NCBI RefSeq assembly: GCF_001194135.2
Contig: NC_068982.1
Location: 154,816,409 to 154,857,319, forward strand
Length of the DNA: 40,911 nucleotides
Reading direction: 5' to 3'
Origin: Octopus bimaculoides
Lineage: Eukaryota
Shown here: positions 1-11,342 of the stretch, one piece after another
Numbering within the stretch: the first letter of the stretch is position 1
How the letters are laid out: the number at the start of each line of letters is the position of its first letter
The notes under the pieces: generated by a model
Told to the model about the DNA's origin: nothing
The model's database searches: none
What the model saw: only the letters and a program-made list of their open reading frames with translations
Program-made: the position numbers and the translations under genes

Positions 1-37
<37 letters not shown>

Positions 38-212
38 GGGTAGTAGTATATAATATAATGCAACATACTATGTATATCTATACAAATATACACACGCACA
101 TAAACGCATATACATACACTCACACACGCATACATATACATCTGCATATGCGTATATGTGTATATGAGTGTGTGTATTATATCTTCAGAGGGAGGGAGAG
201 AGATAGACAGAC

Positions 213-274
<62 letters not shown>

Positions 275-1005
275 GAACCTGAATGGGAAAACTAACTGCC
301 AGAAACTGTGACTACACACACATACATACACACACTCACACACACACACAAGAGTAGGTATAAGTGTATATGTCCTCTCACTCCACAGCTTTGTTCAGCT
401 GTCTGTCAAACATCTCCCAACAGCAGCCCCTACTCTACTTTTCCGCCGTCCATCTGCCTCTCCCTTCACAGCCCACTAACCCTTCACTATCCCCCGTTAT
501 CCTTCCTTCTCCGTTGAATCATTCTCTTTTCCAGCTGCCAACACACCTTTAAAGGCAGCACTCCCGTCTTATCTGTACATTGCTGTTGACACAATAGCAT
601 TTTTGACAATGACAACAGCCTGGACAAGCCATAGCAGTAAGTAACAGCAGCAGCAGCAGCAGCAGTGGAAACAACAGCAACAAGAAAAAAAAAATAGTTA
701 CATAGCAACAACGACAACTGCAACATTGACAATTGTAAGAATGGTTAGAACAAAAACAACAACCCTGGCGATGGTAGTTTACAACAACAGTCGCAACAAG
801 AAGAACAACGGCAGTGGTAACAATAACAACAACAATAAGTAAGGAGACAAAGCAGCCGTATCATGAGAAGTTTCAGAACAGATGCAACGGCAACAACTAT
901 AACAACAACAACAACAATAATTATTACAACAACAACTATAACAACAACAATTATTACAACAGCAATAACTATAGCAACAACTATAACAACATCATCAACA
1001 ATAAC

Positions 1006-1167
1006 GCAGGAGTGGCTGTGTGGTAAGTAGCTTGCTTACCAGCCACACGGTTCTGGGTTCAGTCCCACTGCGTGGCACCTTGGCCAAGTGTCTTCTACTA
1101 TAGCCTCGGGCCGACCAAAGCCTTGTGAGTGGATTTGGTAGAGGGAAACTGAAAGAAGCCCGTCGTA

Positions 1168-1209
<42 letters not shown>

Positions 1210-1465
1210 CATATGTTTGTGCGTATGTGTGTATGTGTGTGTGTTTGTGTGTCTGTGTTTGTCCCCCCCCCAACATCGCTTGACAACCGATGGTGGTGTG
1301 TTTACGTCCCCGTAACTTAGCGGTTCGGCAAAAAGAGACCGATAGAATAAGTACTAGGCTTACAAAGAATAAGTCCTGGGGTCGATTTGCTCGACTAAAG
1401 GCGGTGCTCCAGCATGGCCGCAGTCAAATGACTGAAACAAGTAAAAGAGTAAAAGAGTAAAAGAG
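1006..1465 (+). mobile_element. tRNA-headed SINE, family A, full length with internal (TA)/(TG) microsatellite
   Basis: A-box-like TGGCTGTGTGG and B-box-like GGTTCAGTCCC; body CCTTGGCCAAGTGTCTTC...GGAAACTGAAAGAAGCCCGTC; tail (GTAAAAGA)3. Homologous copies at 9210 and 12450. Confidence 0.85.
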
Positions 1466-1535
1466 TATAATGACAATAACTATAACAGCAATAACTATCA
1501 CAACAATATAACAACAACAGTATTTATAACAACAA

Positions 1536-1923
1536 TAACAAGAGCACTCAGAGAGCGCAACCCTCCGCCAAGGCAACACCAACGTCCTCTCAACGATTAG
1601 CCAGAGATGACTTTTAAAATGAGAATATCTGAAATAAACTCGACAGCTCTCACAAACGAGAATACCAAAAATGAACCTGACCGCTCTCAAAAATTAAGTT
1701 AAAAATATAATTAATAAAAAAAACAAGAAAAGTAATCCAGAATCCTTGTCCGGTACCGGATCGATCCTAAAATCTAATCAGTTCGTGCTAGTCACGAGGT
1801 CAAACATCTCTGAAAGTTTCATTCGAGTATACCCAGCGGTTCTGGAAATATCTTGTCCACGGACAAACAAACAAACAAACACGACTGAAAACAATATCTC
1901 TGCCTTAGCGAAGGCGGAGGTAA
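1536..1923 (+). mobile_element. Non-autonomous Helentron/DINE-1-like rolling-circle element
   Basis: Subterminal inverted repeat CCTCCGCC (1562-1569) / GGCGGAGG (1913-1920); 3' hairpin CTCTGCCTT-AGCG-AAGGCGGAG (1898-1919); internal (CAAA)4 and palindrome CCGGTACCGG; no ORF. Confidence 0.65.
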
Positions 1924-2249
1924 TAATTATAACAGCAACTTAACGAACTATCGGAAACGATTATTGTGTAGCTCTTGGCGAAACCTGGTCATACAAAGGA
2001 AACCAATCTAGTCTTGAAAATCCAGGGTTTCCTTTTTCGGCTTATTATTAAGGCATTGTGTATCTAGGATTAGATTGTCCAATAAAACTTCCAATACTTT
2101 TTAAAGTTAGTATAATGCTTTTTGAGAGAGATTTGGTTGCTATATCAAGTGACCATGTAGAGGTTCCTTTGTTGGTTCACCAAGCAAACAGCATCACCAT
2201 ATGGCTGAAGAACATTAAAGCACGCTGTGGAAACAACAAGAAAAACAAC

Positions 2250-2428
2250 TCATACTACTACTACTGCTACTACTACTGCTACCACTACTACTACTGCTAC
2301 TACTACTACTGTTACTATTATTGCTAGTACTACTGCTACTACTATTACTACAACTACTACTACTACTACTACCACTACTACTCCTACCACTACTACTACT
2401 GCTGCTACTACTACTACTACTACTGCTG

Positions 2429-2491
<63 letters not shown>
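2250..2491. repeat. (ACT)n trinucleotide microsatellite
   Basis: Directly visible; source of the poly-T, poly-V and poly-L ORFs at 2227-2706. Confidence 0.95.
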
Positions 2492-2492
<1 letters not shown>

Positions 2493-2565
2493 AGACAGCA
2501 GCTGTATGACATTATCAATAACAACAATAGGAACCATCACTTCCATCTTTATTAACTCAAAAAAT

Positions 2566-3165
2566 GGCGGCGAGCTGGCAGAAGCGTTTTCGTCCGTCTT
2601 CACGTTCTCAGTTCAAATTCCGCCGTGGTCGACTTTGCCTCTCATCCTTTCGGGGTTGATAAACATTAAGTACCAGTCGAACACTAGGGTCGATGTAATC
2701 GACTAGTCCCCTCCCACAAAATTTCAGGCTTTGTGCCTATAGCAGAAAGGGTTATTAGCTCTTATAGTTAATGACGCTTAGCGGCATTACGCCTGTCTTT
2801 ACGTTCTGAGTTCAAATTTTGTCGAGGTCGACTTTGCCTTTCTTCCTTTCGGGGTCGATAAAATAAGAACCAGTTGAGCACTGGGGTCGATGTAATCTAC
2901 TTACACCCTCCTCCATAATTTCTGGCCTTGTATCAATATCTGAAACCGTTATCAAGGCGGCGAGCTGGCAGAATTGTTAGCCCGCTGGACGAAATGCTTA
3001 ACGGTATTTCGCTCTCGCTACGTTCTGAGTTCAAATTCCGCCGAGGTTGACGTTACCTTTCATCCTTTCGGGGTCGATAAATTAAGTACCAGTGAAACAC
3101 TGGGGTCGATGTAATCGACTATCTCGCTCCCCCAAATTTCAGGTCTTGTGTAGAAAGGATTATTA
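2566..3165 (+). mobile_element. Three tandem copies of SINE family B (2566-2756 internally deleted, 2773-2952 5'-truncated, 2956-3165 full)
   Basis: Shared GGCGGCGAGCTGGCAGAA head in two copies, GTTCTGAGTTCAAATT B-box region, CTTTCATCCTTTCGGGGTCGATAAA and CTGGGGTCGATGTAATCGACT core, AGAAAGGATTATT tail. Confidence 0.9.
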
Positions 3166-4559
3166 ACTCTAACATCGTCATAATAATCACCATCACTACA
3201 ATTATCACCAGCATCATCATCATCATCGTCAACCTAGCACAACTGCACTTCTATGGCCCGCGATGCGACTAACACATCGTCACCACACTACTACAACAAC
3301 ACCAATATACCACTACCACCAATGCACCATGACAACTAACACATCACCACCACCNNNNNNNNNNNNNNNNNNNNNNNNNNNNNNNNNNNNNNNNNNNNNN
3401 NNNNNNNNNNNNNNNNNNNNNNNNNNNNNNNNNNNNNNNNNNNNNNNNNNNNNNNNNNNNNNNNNNNNNNNNNNNNNNNNNNNNNNNNNNNNNNNNNNNN
3501 NNNNNNNNNNNNNNNNNNNNNNNNNNNNNNNNNNNNNNNNNNNNNNNNNNNNNNNNNNNNNNNNNNNNNNNNNNNNNNNNNNNNNNNNNNNNNNNNNNNN
3601 NNNNNNNNNNNNNNNNNNNNNNNNNNNNNNNNNNNNNNNNNNNNNNNNNNNNNNNNNNNNNNNNNNNNNNNNNNNNNNNNNNNNNNNNNNNNNNNNNNNN
3701 NNNNNNNNNNNNNNNNNNNNNTGTGTGTGTGTGCGCGCGTGCGTGCGTGCGTGCGTGCGTGTGTGCGTGTGTGCGTGTGTGTGTGTGTGTGTGTACAGGT
3801 ATTACAGATGCCTCAGGTCGGAGGGTTTTGCGCTTACAGAAATTGAAAAGTATGACCATTATTATCGGGATACGGTCTGTAATTTCGCTCTTACGGAAAC
3901 TTGTATTGCGTAGTTTTTAAATTGATAACAATTTAAACTACATTTTCTTCTAAGATGAATGGCCACTGGCGTTTTAGTTAAGATCAAAGTATATAGTTAA
4001 CGATTTGAAAAACTATCATCATGTTATATACATGCAAGCACACATACACGTATGTATATATAATGCACATAATGCGAGCATATATACTTATATATGTAAA
4101 TTTGTGTACATGTATGTGTGTGGTGCGTATTTCTATCATCAACACCGGCAGAACCACCAACAGCAACAGTCATAGAGAGTATGAAGACAATAGCAAATCC
4201 ATTTCAAATAAAACCATAATGTGGTATCCTAGTGTATCGGGAAAGTTGAATGAATTGTCTTTGATCTTAAGTCTATGACAATTGACTTGAGACTAAACAG
4301 CCACCACAATGCAATTAGCGAGAACACTATGACCACCAAACCACCAACAATACCCGCCCACCATCGCTGGCATCTAAATCAATGTAACCTACATCATCAC
4401 CATTATCAACTCAACAACTTTTGAATCTAACAGGCTACAACGGATTGCATGCATACTAGCGCATGTGTGCATGAGTGTTGACGCGTCTGTGTGTGTATGT
4501 GTGGGGGGAGAGTAAGTATACGTGCATGAATGTCTCTGTGTGTGTGTTAAGTCAGAAGT

Positions 4560-4825
4560 AAATAAAAATGTAAAGTTCCTTCCCGAGTCATGTAAACTCA
4601 TAGGGCCGGTTTCCCGGTTTCCATGATGTATATATATATATTCTCCATCTGGATGGGACTCAGGTCGGTCGCAGGATTACTCATTTTTGCCGACTGAGTG
4701 GACTGGAACAACATGAAATGAAGTGTTTTGCTCACGAACACAACGCGTCGCCCGATCCAGGAATCGAAACCACAATCTTACGATCTTGAACCCAACACCC
4801 TAACCACGTAGCCACGCGCCTCCAC
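4560..4825 (-). mobile_element. tRNA-headed SINE, family E, with 12-bp TSD
   Basis: Minus-strand head GTGGAGGCGCGTGGCTACGTGGTTAGG...GGTTTCGATTCC; perfect direct repeat TAAGTCAGAAGT at 4548-4559 and 4826-4837. Confidence 0.85.
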
Positions 4826-5079
4826 TAAGTCAGAAGTGCAAGGGTCGAATTACCTCTAAAATCTAGTGACCCTTCAACTAACTGTAATCATATAATACTT
4901 TCTCTTACTAAGTCCTTCACCTTTTCATCTCATTTTCGTTATTATATCCATAGGAATAAGACAATTTTTCGCTCTCACAATACAGATCTTGTCCGGGCCA
5001 ATTTCTTTTACTACATATTTGTTGTGGGTAATTAATCACCGTTGTTCTTGAATTTACCTTCGATTTAATATCCTTGGAA

Positions 5080-6030
5080 AGAAGTTATTACGTAGAACTG
5101 AAGGCAGTGGGGCGAAAACGAATGTTAAATCTGATGTTTTAAAAAGACTTGATACGGAAGAAAAACTAAGTTATATTGCCAAAACATTAAATCTTACAAC
5201 ATCTACAAAGGGAACACTATGTGACAACAGAGAACATTATCTCAAGTGCTCAAGAAACTACTCCGTTAACTACTCGGACCTTAGTTTTCCATAGATCAAA
5301 ATGGAACGACCCTTGAGTGTATGGCTCGAGAATCAGAGTCAACGTAATTTACGGATAGTAGACACGATGGTAATTCGAAAAAAGAAAAAAAAACCGAAAG
5401 TTTACATGACGATTTGCAGAAAAACGAAGTTGAAACTTTAATGAAAAGTCCTTCTGGTTAGTAAAGGCTGGTTTGAAAGATTTAAGATGTACGTGAATTT
5501 GCACAATCTAAAAATGATGGGTGAAACTACGAGTGCGGGAATGTTGGCACTCCGTCGCTTACGACGTCGAGGGTTCCAGTTGATTCGATCAACGGAACAG
5601 CCTGCTCGTGAAATTAACGTACAAATGGCTGTACGTAGTTCTCGGGGATATTCAGCGTGACACAATGTGACAAGGCTGACCCTTTGAATTACAGGCACAA
5701 CAGAAACAGAAAGTAAGAGTGAGAGAAAGTTGTGGTGAAAGAGTACAGGAGGGTTCGCCACCCTGCCGGAGCCTCGTAGAGTTTTAGGTGTTTTAGCTCA
5801 ATAAACATTCACAATGCCCGGTCTGGGAATTGAAACCGCGACCCTATGACCGCGAGTCCGCTGCCCTATGACCGCGAGTCCACTGGGCCATTGCGCCTCC
5901 ACGACGAGTGCAGGAATAGACTGTTACTAATTCTCCTGAGTAGTCGAAGAAAATGATTGCTGAAAGGGACGCGCATGCCTCCTAGACCTTTTATTTCTCG
6001 AGAAGTAGGGTATGTTCAAAGTGCTTTTAC
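5080..6030 (+). mobile_element. Decayed Tigger/pogo (CENP-B-like) transposase fragment, interrupted by a SINE
   Basis: Frameshifted translation gives KRLDTEEKLSYIAKTLNL, MERPLSVWLENQSQR, SKGWFERFKMYVNLHNLKMMGETTSAG and RMPPRPFISRE, matching Tigger HTH and linker motifs. Confidence 0.75.
5543..5901 (-). mobile_element. tRNA-headed SINE, family C, inserted into the Tigger relic
   Basis: Homologous to 27884-28267; flanked by ACGAGTGCGGGAAT (5529-5542) and ACGAGTGCAGGAAT (5904-5917), a 13/14 TSD. Confidence 0.9.
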
Positions 6031-6246
6031 AGCCGTCTTTTTTTAATCTGGAATAAAATAAACGTTGACAGGTCTGCTTATTAGATGTATTGTAATGATA
6101 TACTAAAATTACAATAATCTAGAACAGTTATAACCGCCTCTCCTTCAAAGGTCTCAAGATTTCCGGAATGCAGCTCGTGCGCGTGCGCGTGCGCGCGTGT
6201 GTGTGCGTGTGCGTGTGCGTGTGCGTGTGCGTGTGTGTGTGCGTGT

Positions 6247-6345
6247 AAATAATAATTGTTTCTAATCTGGGCACAGGGCCAGCAATTTTGAGGGGAGGAG
6301 TTTCCATCCAGTACTTGAATTGGTCTTTATTTCTACATATATTTA
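6247..6345 (-). mobile_element. SINE family B 3' fragment
   Basis: AATAATTGTTTCTAATCTGGGCACAGGGCCAGCAATTTTGAGGGG is the reverse complement of the family B 3' end. Confidence 0.6.
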
Positions 6346-6377
6346 GTCAGCATTTAAAATTCATTCATACACACACG

Positions 6378-6415
<38 letters not shown>

Positions 6416-6723
6416 TACATATATNNNNNNNNNNNNNNNNNNNNNNNNNNNNNNNNNNNNNNNNNNNNNNNNNNNNNNNNNNNNNNNNNNNNNNNNNNNN
6501 NNNNNNNNNNNNATATACATATATACATACGTACATCCATATATACATACATACATACATATATACACATATATATGCATATATGTGTATGCGTGTGCCT
6601 GTGTGAGAATATGTATGTATTCATGTGTGTATGTGTATACATATGTATGAAAAGGTTACATAAACTTTAATGTCAGTATGCACCGTTTTGTTTCTGTAAA
6701 CGTTTAGGTTATATTTCTTTCAG

Positions 6724-6864
6724 ATGTTTACAGATCTAAAGGTGTCTGGAACTTACATTCTATGGGTAATTCCACAGAGGATGAGAAGAATTGTAAAATG
6801 CTTTCGACACCTCCTGCAGTGTAGAAATGGACAATGGCAACTAAATATGGGTGTGTTTTGGGGC
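6724..6864 (+). other. Weak candidate exon (47 open codons, phase 0-0)
   Basis: Acceptor TTTCTTTCAG, donor GGGC|GTAAGT; MFTDLKVSGTYILW...MGVFWG is open, but no homology recognised. Confidence 0.15.
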
Positions 6865-7329
6865 GTAAGTTAAACTTCCTTTCTGTAGACTTCTGTCAAT
6901 TTACTGTTTCGAGTGGCGCTAAGTTTGTCAGGAAGTAAATTCCAAGATGACTGAGCGCCAGGGAAAAGCAATTAAGTATTAGCACAAATATTGTAAACAC
7001 ATAGATACCTACCTGGAGAGGAGATGCAATAATGATTTAAGAAGACGGAAATGGCTTCGTGAAGACTCTAAAATTCTTTAAGCAGATGTAAACGTATTAC
7101 AGAGAAACATTTTGTAAACAACTTCGGAGGAATATTTCAAATTATCAATTTCTGGCGCTGATGTATTTCTGACTTAGATGGCTTTATGTAATGCAGAACC
7201 GCATTACATTCCAGTTGTAGCTATTACAACACGCACGCGCACGTGCTCATAGAGGCACGCGTACGCTCGCATACACACGCACATACACATACACACAACA
7301 CATAGAAAATGGGTAAGTCCGTGTGTGTA

Positions 7330-7360
<31 letters not shown>

Positions 7361-7722
7361 TACCGAGTGTGTGTGTTACCGAGTGTGTGTGTTTGCAAAT
7401 ATACATGCTCAGCATACGTACCTAAATATTTACATAATCATAATCGTATATGTATACATATACATATATATGCATACATACATATAGATATGTACACATG
7501 CAAACATAAATACATACATATTTACATAAATAAAAGCCGATAAATGTGTCTTTAAGTATATCCTCGGGTAAACAGGCAAGTAGTTAAGCTAAACTATACA
7601 CATGTTTAGGCAAAAAGATATATATGCAACTATGTCGACGAGTATGAAGTCAAATTATTTTTCACCGTCTAAATACCATGACTCGGCAAAAATAATTATT
7701 TATGTATAAGACAAATACATTC

Positions 7723-7915
7723 TTGCTACTACTGTTTTTTTAGCCCCAGATCAACCCCAATAAAGCAAACCTAAAATCGAAAGCATTTCCGCCATGATGG
7801 TATCGTTATTTTTTTTATTTGTTTTTTTTTTTCAGGGTGTCTAGGGTTACGTTATTTAATAAGTCCTTCCTTTTAACGGGAGCAGTGTGCATGTGTTTTT
7901 CGGGGGATTTGGGGA
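7723..7915 (-). repeat. Dispersed repeat family D, decayed copy
   Basis: Reverse complement resembles 34993-35217 (ends ...GGTTGATCTGGGGCTAAAAAAAACAGTAGTAGC). Confidence 0.55.
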
Positions 7916-8570
7916 GAATGACTGCAACAATGTCTTTCTTAGGTATTGAACTCTCACCCATCAGTTTAATTATTATGTTTCACGATTAACTCTCATATAC
8001 AAGAAAACAGAATGGAAAATATTTAACCATCTCAATGTCTCGAAGAACAACGAGACATTGGAATGGTGAATATAAGCTTTGAACTACAAGATAATGAAAT
8101 AGTAAAAATTAGCGTTGATAAGGTGTTAAGTGTAATAAAGAGTTTAGCCTAGTAGTCAGGTTGTACTCTCTCCATCATAATGTCATGCATTCGATTCATG
8201 GACTGCGTTGTACTCTTGAGAAAAAGTACTTCGTTATGCATTGCTCGGTCTATTCAGATGAAAATGCGTCTAGTGCTGGTGCGGCTGTTCCTCTGTCACA
8301 TCCTAGAGGTGCGGCTGAGCCAAAGATTGAGATTGTCAACAAAGTGCCTATGTCTGCTGGCGACCATATTGGGACCGAATGCAATTAGTGAAAGTATAGA
8401 GCGTGTTGCCAAGTCATGCTCGTTTGTGTGAGAAATCTCGTTGACTCTCGTGGACTCGTGAGCATTACTTACGTCAGACATTCTGTATGTTGCACTTGTT
8501 CAGATGGAGAAAGAGAATGCAGCATAATAAGTAGGATAATATCTAAGAGGAGATTAGCTATTGTATAGAC

Positions 8571-8753
8571 CAGTGCTCCGTAACCTTTTTTCACTTGCGA
8601 TACACATATTCTTTTCAAAATTCGGTGGAACGCCTGGACTAAAAATACAACTAAAAGCATAGGGAAAAACTTATATTCAGGTTACACAACGGCACGTCTA
8701 GCATCATCACATGGCACACCAGTGTGCCGCAGGACACCGGTTGCGGAGCACTG
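8571..8753. mobile_element. 183-bp hAT-type MITE
   Basis: 15-bp TIRs CAGTGCTCCGTAACC / GGTTGCGGAGCACTG (1 mismatch); perfect 8-bp TSD GTATAGAC at 8563-8570 and 8754-8761. Confidence 0.9.
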
Positions 8754-8826
8754 GTATAGACAACAGACCGAGAACAATCCATTTGCCTGCATTTAATAAA
8801 AGAATCGTTTCTAAATTCTGATAACA

Positions 8827-8894
8827 TTACCAATTTGACAGCACCAGAAGAAGGCCGAAGAGTGCAAAGGCGCCAAAGGTTGTAACTGTAACAA
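8827..8894 (-). CDS. Candidate terminal coding exon encoding a hydrophobic C-terminus (VVTVTTFGAFALFGLLLVLSNW*)
   Basis: Acceptor GTGTCCTTATTTTAG with upstream CTGAT branch-like motif; phase-1 start; open to TAA at 8829-8827. No homology recognised. Confidence 0.3.
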
Positions 8895-8956
8895 CTAAAA
8901 TAAGGACACTTGTCTGAATATATCAGTTTATAACAATGACAGTTCTTCATCTCAGA

Positions 8957-9171
8957 GGCGGCGAGCTGGCAGAAACGTTAGCACGCCGGACGAAATGCTA
9001 ACGTTTGTCTTTACGTTCCGAGTTCAAATTCAACCGAGGTCGACTTTGCTTTTCATCCTTTCAGGGTCTATAAATAAAGTGCTAGTTGCGTACTGGGGAC
9101 GATCTCATCGACTTGCCCCATCCCCAAAAATTTCGAGCCTTGTGCCTAGAGTAGGAAAACAAAAAAGAAAA
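8957..9171 (+). mobile_element. SINE family B, full length with 16-bp TSD
   Basis: Perfect direct repeat AGTTCTTCATCTCAGA at 8941-8956 and 9172-9187. Confidence 0.92.
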
Positions 9172-9209
9172 AGTTCTTCATCTCAGAATTTCAGGCAAAA
9201 ATTAAACTT

Positions 9210-9346
9210 GCAGGTGTTGCTGTCTGCTAAGGGGTTCGCTTCCCAACCACACGGCCCCGGGTCCGGTCCGACTGCGTAGCATCTTGGGCAAGTCAACTAA
9301 AGTCTTGTAAATGGATTTGGTAGACGGAAACTGAAAGAAGCCCGTC
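9210..9346 (+). mobile_element. SINE family A, 5' part with internal deletion
   Basis: Homologous to 1006-1166 (GGATTTGGTAGACGGAAACTGAAAGAAGCCCGTC). Confidence 0.8.
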
Positions 9347-9820
9347 ATGTGTATGTATGTGGGGGGAGCTCTGTGTGTGTGGGGAGCTCTGTGTGTGTGG
9401 GGGGGGGGCTCTGTGTATGTGGGCGTATGTGTTTGTACGTTCAAGTTGACAAACAACAGAAATAAGTGCTCAATACAGACGTAGAGTGTAAATATATATT
9501 GTAGGACTGAGATGATTCTATGTCTATGTCACAGTTTCGCTGAAGAATATTTCTGGACACGTAACGGAGTAAGAGGCTAGTAGCAGAGAGCAATCTTAGC
9601 ACGACTACTATTATCACTCACACACGCATACACCGCGCATGCACAAACACACACACACATATACACACATATACCAATACATGCATACATANNNNNNNNN
9701 NNNNNNNNNNNNNNNNNNNNNNNNNNNNNNNNNNNNNNNNNNNNNNNNNNNNNNNNNNNNNNNNNNNNNNNNCATACATACATACATACATACATACATA
9801 CATACATACATACATACATA

Positions 9821-10218
9821 CGGGATAGAGAAGAGAAACTGTGCACAGTTGTGGAAATTAGCTGCCCAGCAGATGTTAACATACAGCTGAAGATAAGTGA
9901 AAAAGGGAACATCTATGCTGAACTATTGAGAAATCTACAGTTACTCTATCCAGATTACAAGTTCAGGTTTATACCTGTAATTACTGGGACCCTGGGATAT
10001 GTAACACACTGCCTAAATACCAATCTTGAGAAAGTAGGCTTCTCAAACCCAGACAGGAAAAAGCCAATTAGCAGGCTACAGATCCAATCCATCTCTGGAA
10101 CTGTAAAAATCTGTAAAACTTTCCAGAAGTGTATCATTTAAATATATATGAGCATGTCTAGATATGCACCTACATACATGACAATACATACATAGAACAT
10201 ACAAATCTGCACATACAT

Positions 10219-10263
<45 letters not shown>

Positions 10264-10372
10264 AGTACCCTGTTGTTGATGTTGAAATTCCAATGAAGGA
10301 GTTTTGGATCCAGGTTAGAAACCGGTTTTTTTTCTCTATTAGCAAGAAATCTAGAAATAAACTGAATAATGA
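9821..10372 (+). mobile_element. 5'-truncated RLE-type non-LTR retrotransposon (endonuclease C-terminus plus 3' UTR) between (CATA)n arrays
   Basis: Open frame from 9821: RDREEKLCTVVEISCPADVNIQLKISEKGNIYAELL...IPVITGTLGYV...GTVKICKTF to stop at 10141; (CATA)12 at 9773-9820 and (CATA)3 at 10373-10384. Confidence 0.8.
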
Positions 10373-10610
10373 CATACATACATAGATACGCGCAGAGACA
10401 CGAACACACGTTATATTAAAGGCACGTTTGCATATGAGTTTTATAATTTTTCTAATAATGATCTTTCATATTTCCTAATCAGTCCTTAACGTTTAGTCTA
10501 AAACAATAACTTTCCTAAGTGTTGTAAGCGCTTCATGGCCTCGATCTCCTCAAAATGTCACACAGCCGTTACTAAGCAAAACACACACATCCACAACCAC
10601 ACACTGGCAA

Positions 10611-10685
<75 letters not shown>

Positions 10686-11037
10686 TACTTTTACACGTGC
10701 ACGAACCATTCACAGTGTGCACATTCGTTGATAACAGGAAATAGGTGATAGAAGTTCCATTCTTCAACCGTCAAGTGACAATGGCATGACGAAGTACTTC
10801 ATTGTTTCATTGGGACATCTGGCAGACATTTGTAGAAAGAGTTCTTGGCATTCTTCTTCGAATATACCAAACTTACACGTACGCACACACATCCACAACC
10901 ACACACTGGCAAACAGACACACACACACACACACACACATGCACACGCGCACATACACACACACACATACATGAATGCACACACACACACACACATATAT
11001 ATATATACATATATATACATGTAAATATGTATATATG

Positions 11038-11117
<80 letters not shown>

Positions 11118-11342
11118 CATACACACATACATATGTGTGTGCGCGCATGTGTGTGTGTGTGCGTATGTATATAAGTGTGTGTGTATGTGTGTGTGTTTGT
11201 GTGTATGTGGGTGTGTATACGTATGTGTGTGTGTATTTGTATGTATGTAGGACAGAAGAGCTCATGAGCTGTAAACGGCCATTCAGCAATATGTGACCAT
11301 GTGTATGTATGCATGTATGTATACGTGGAGACGTGGAAATAC

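Noticed and set aside
2227-2706. Long ORFs of poly-T/V/L and the many HT/CV/YI-rich ORFs across the window (e.g. 10799-11677, 20834-21349, 24234-24482)
   Set aside because: They are translations of microsatellites or N gaps and carry no coding signal.
8474-8783. Extra minus-strand exon (QMDCSRSVVYTIANLLLD...) after removing the MITE
   Set aside because: It needs a 44-nt intron and is disrupted by the MITE in this allele.
8835-8893. Hammerhead-like CAGAAGA...CCAAA on the plus strand
   Set aside because: Both catalytic boxes are mutated and the stems are poor; the minus-strand hydrophobic reading explains the sequence better.
8124-8935. Possible solo LTR (TGTTA...TAACA with internal AATAAA)
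   Set aside because: No matching TSD for any end pairing tried.
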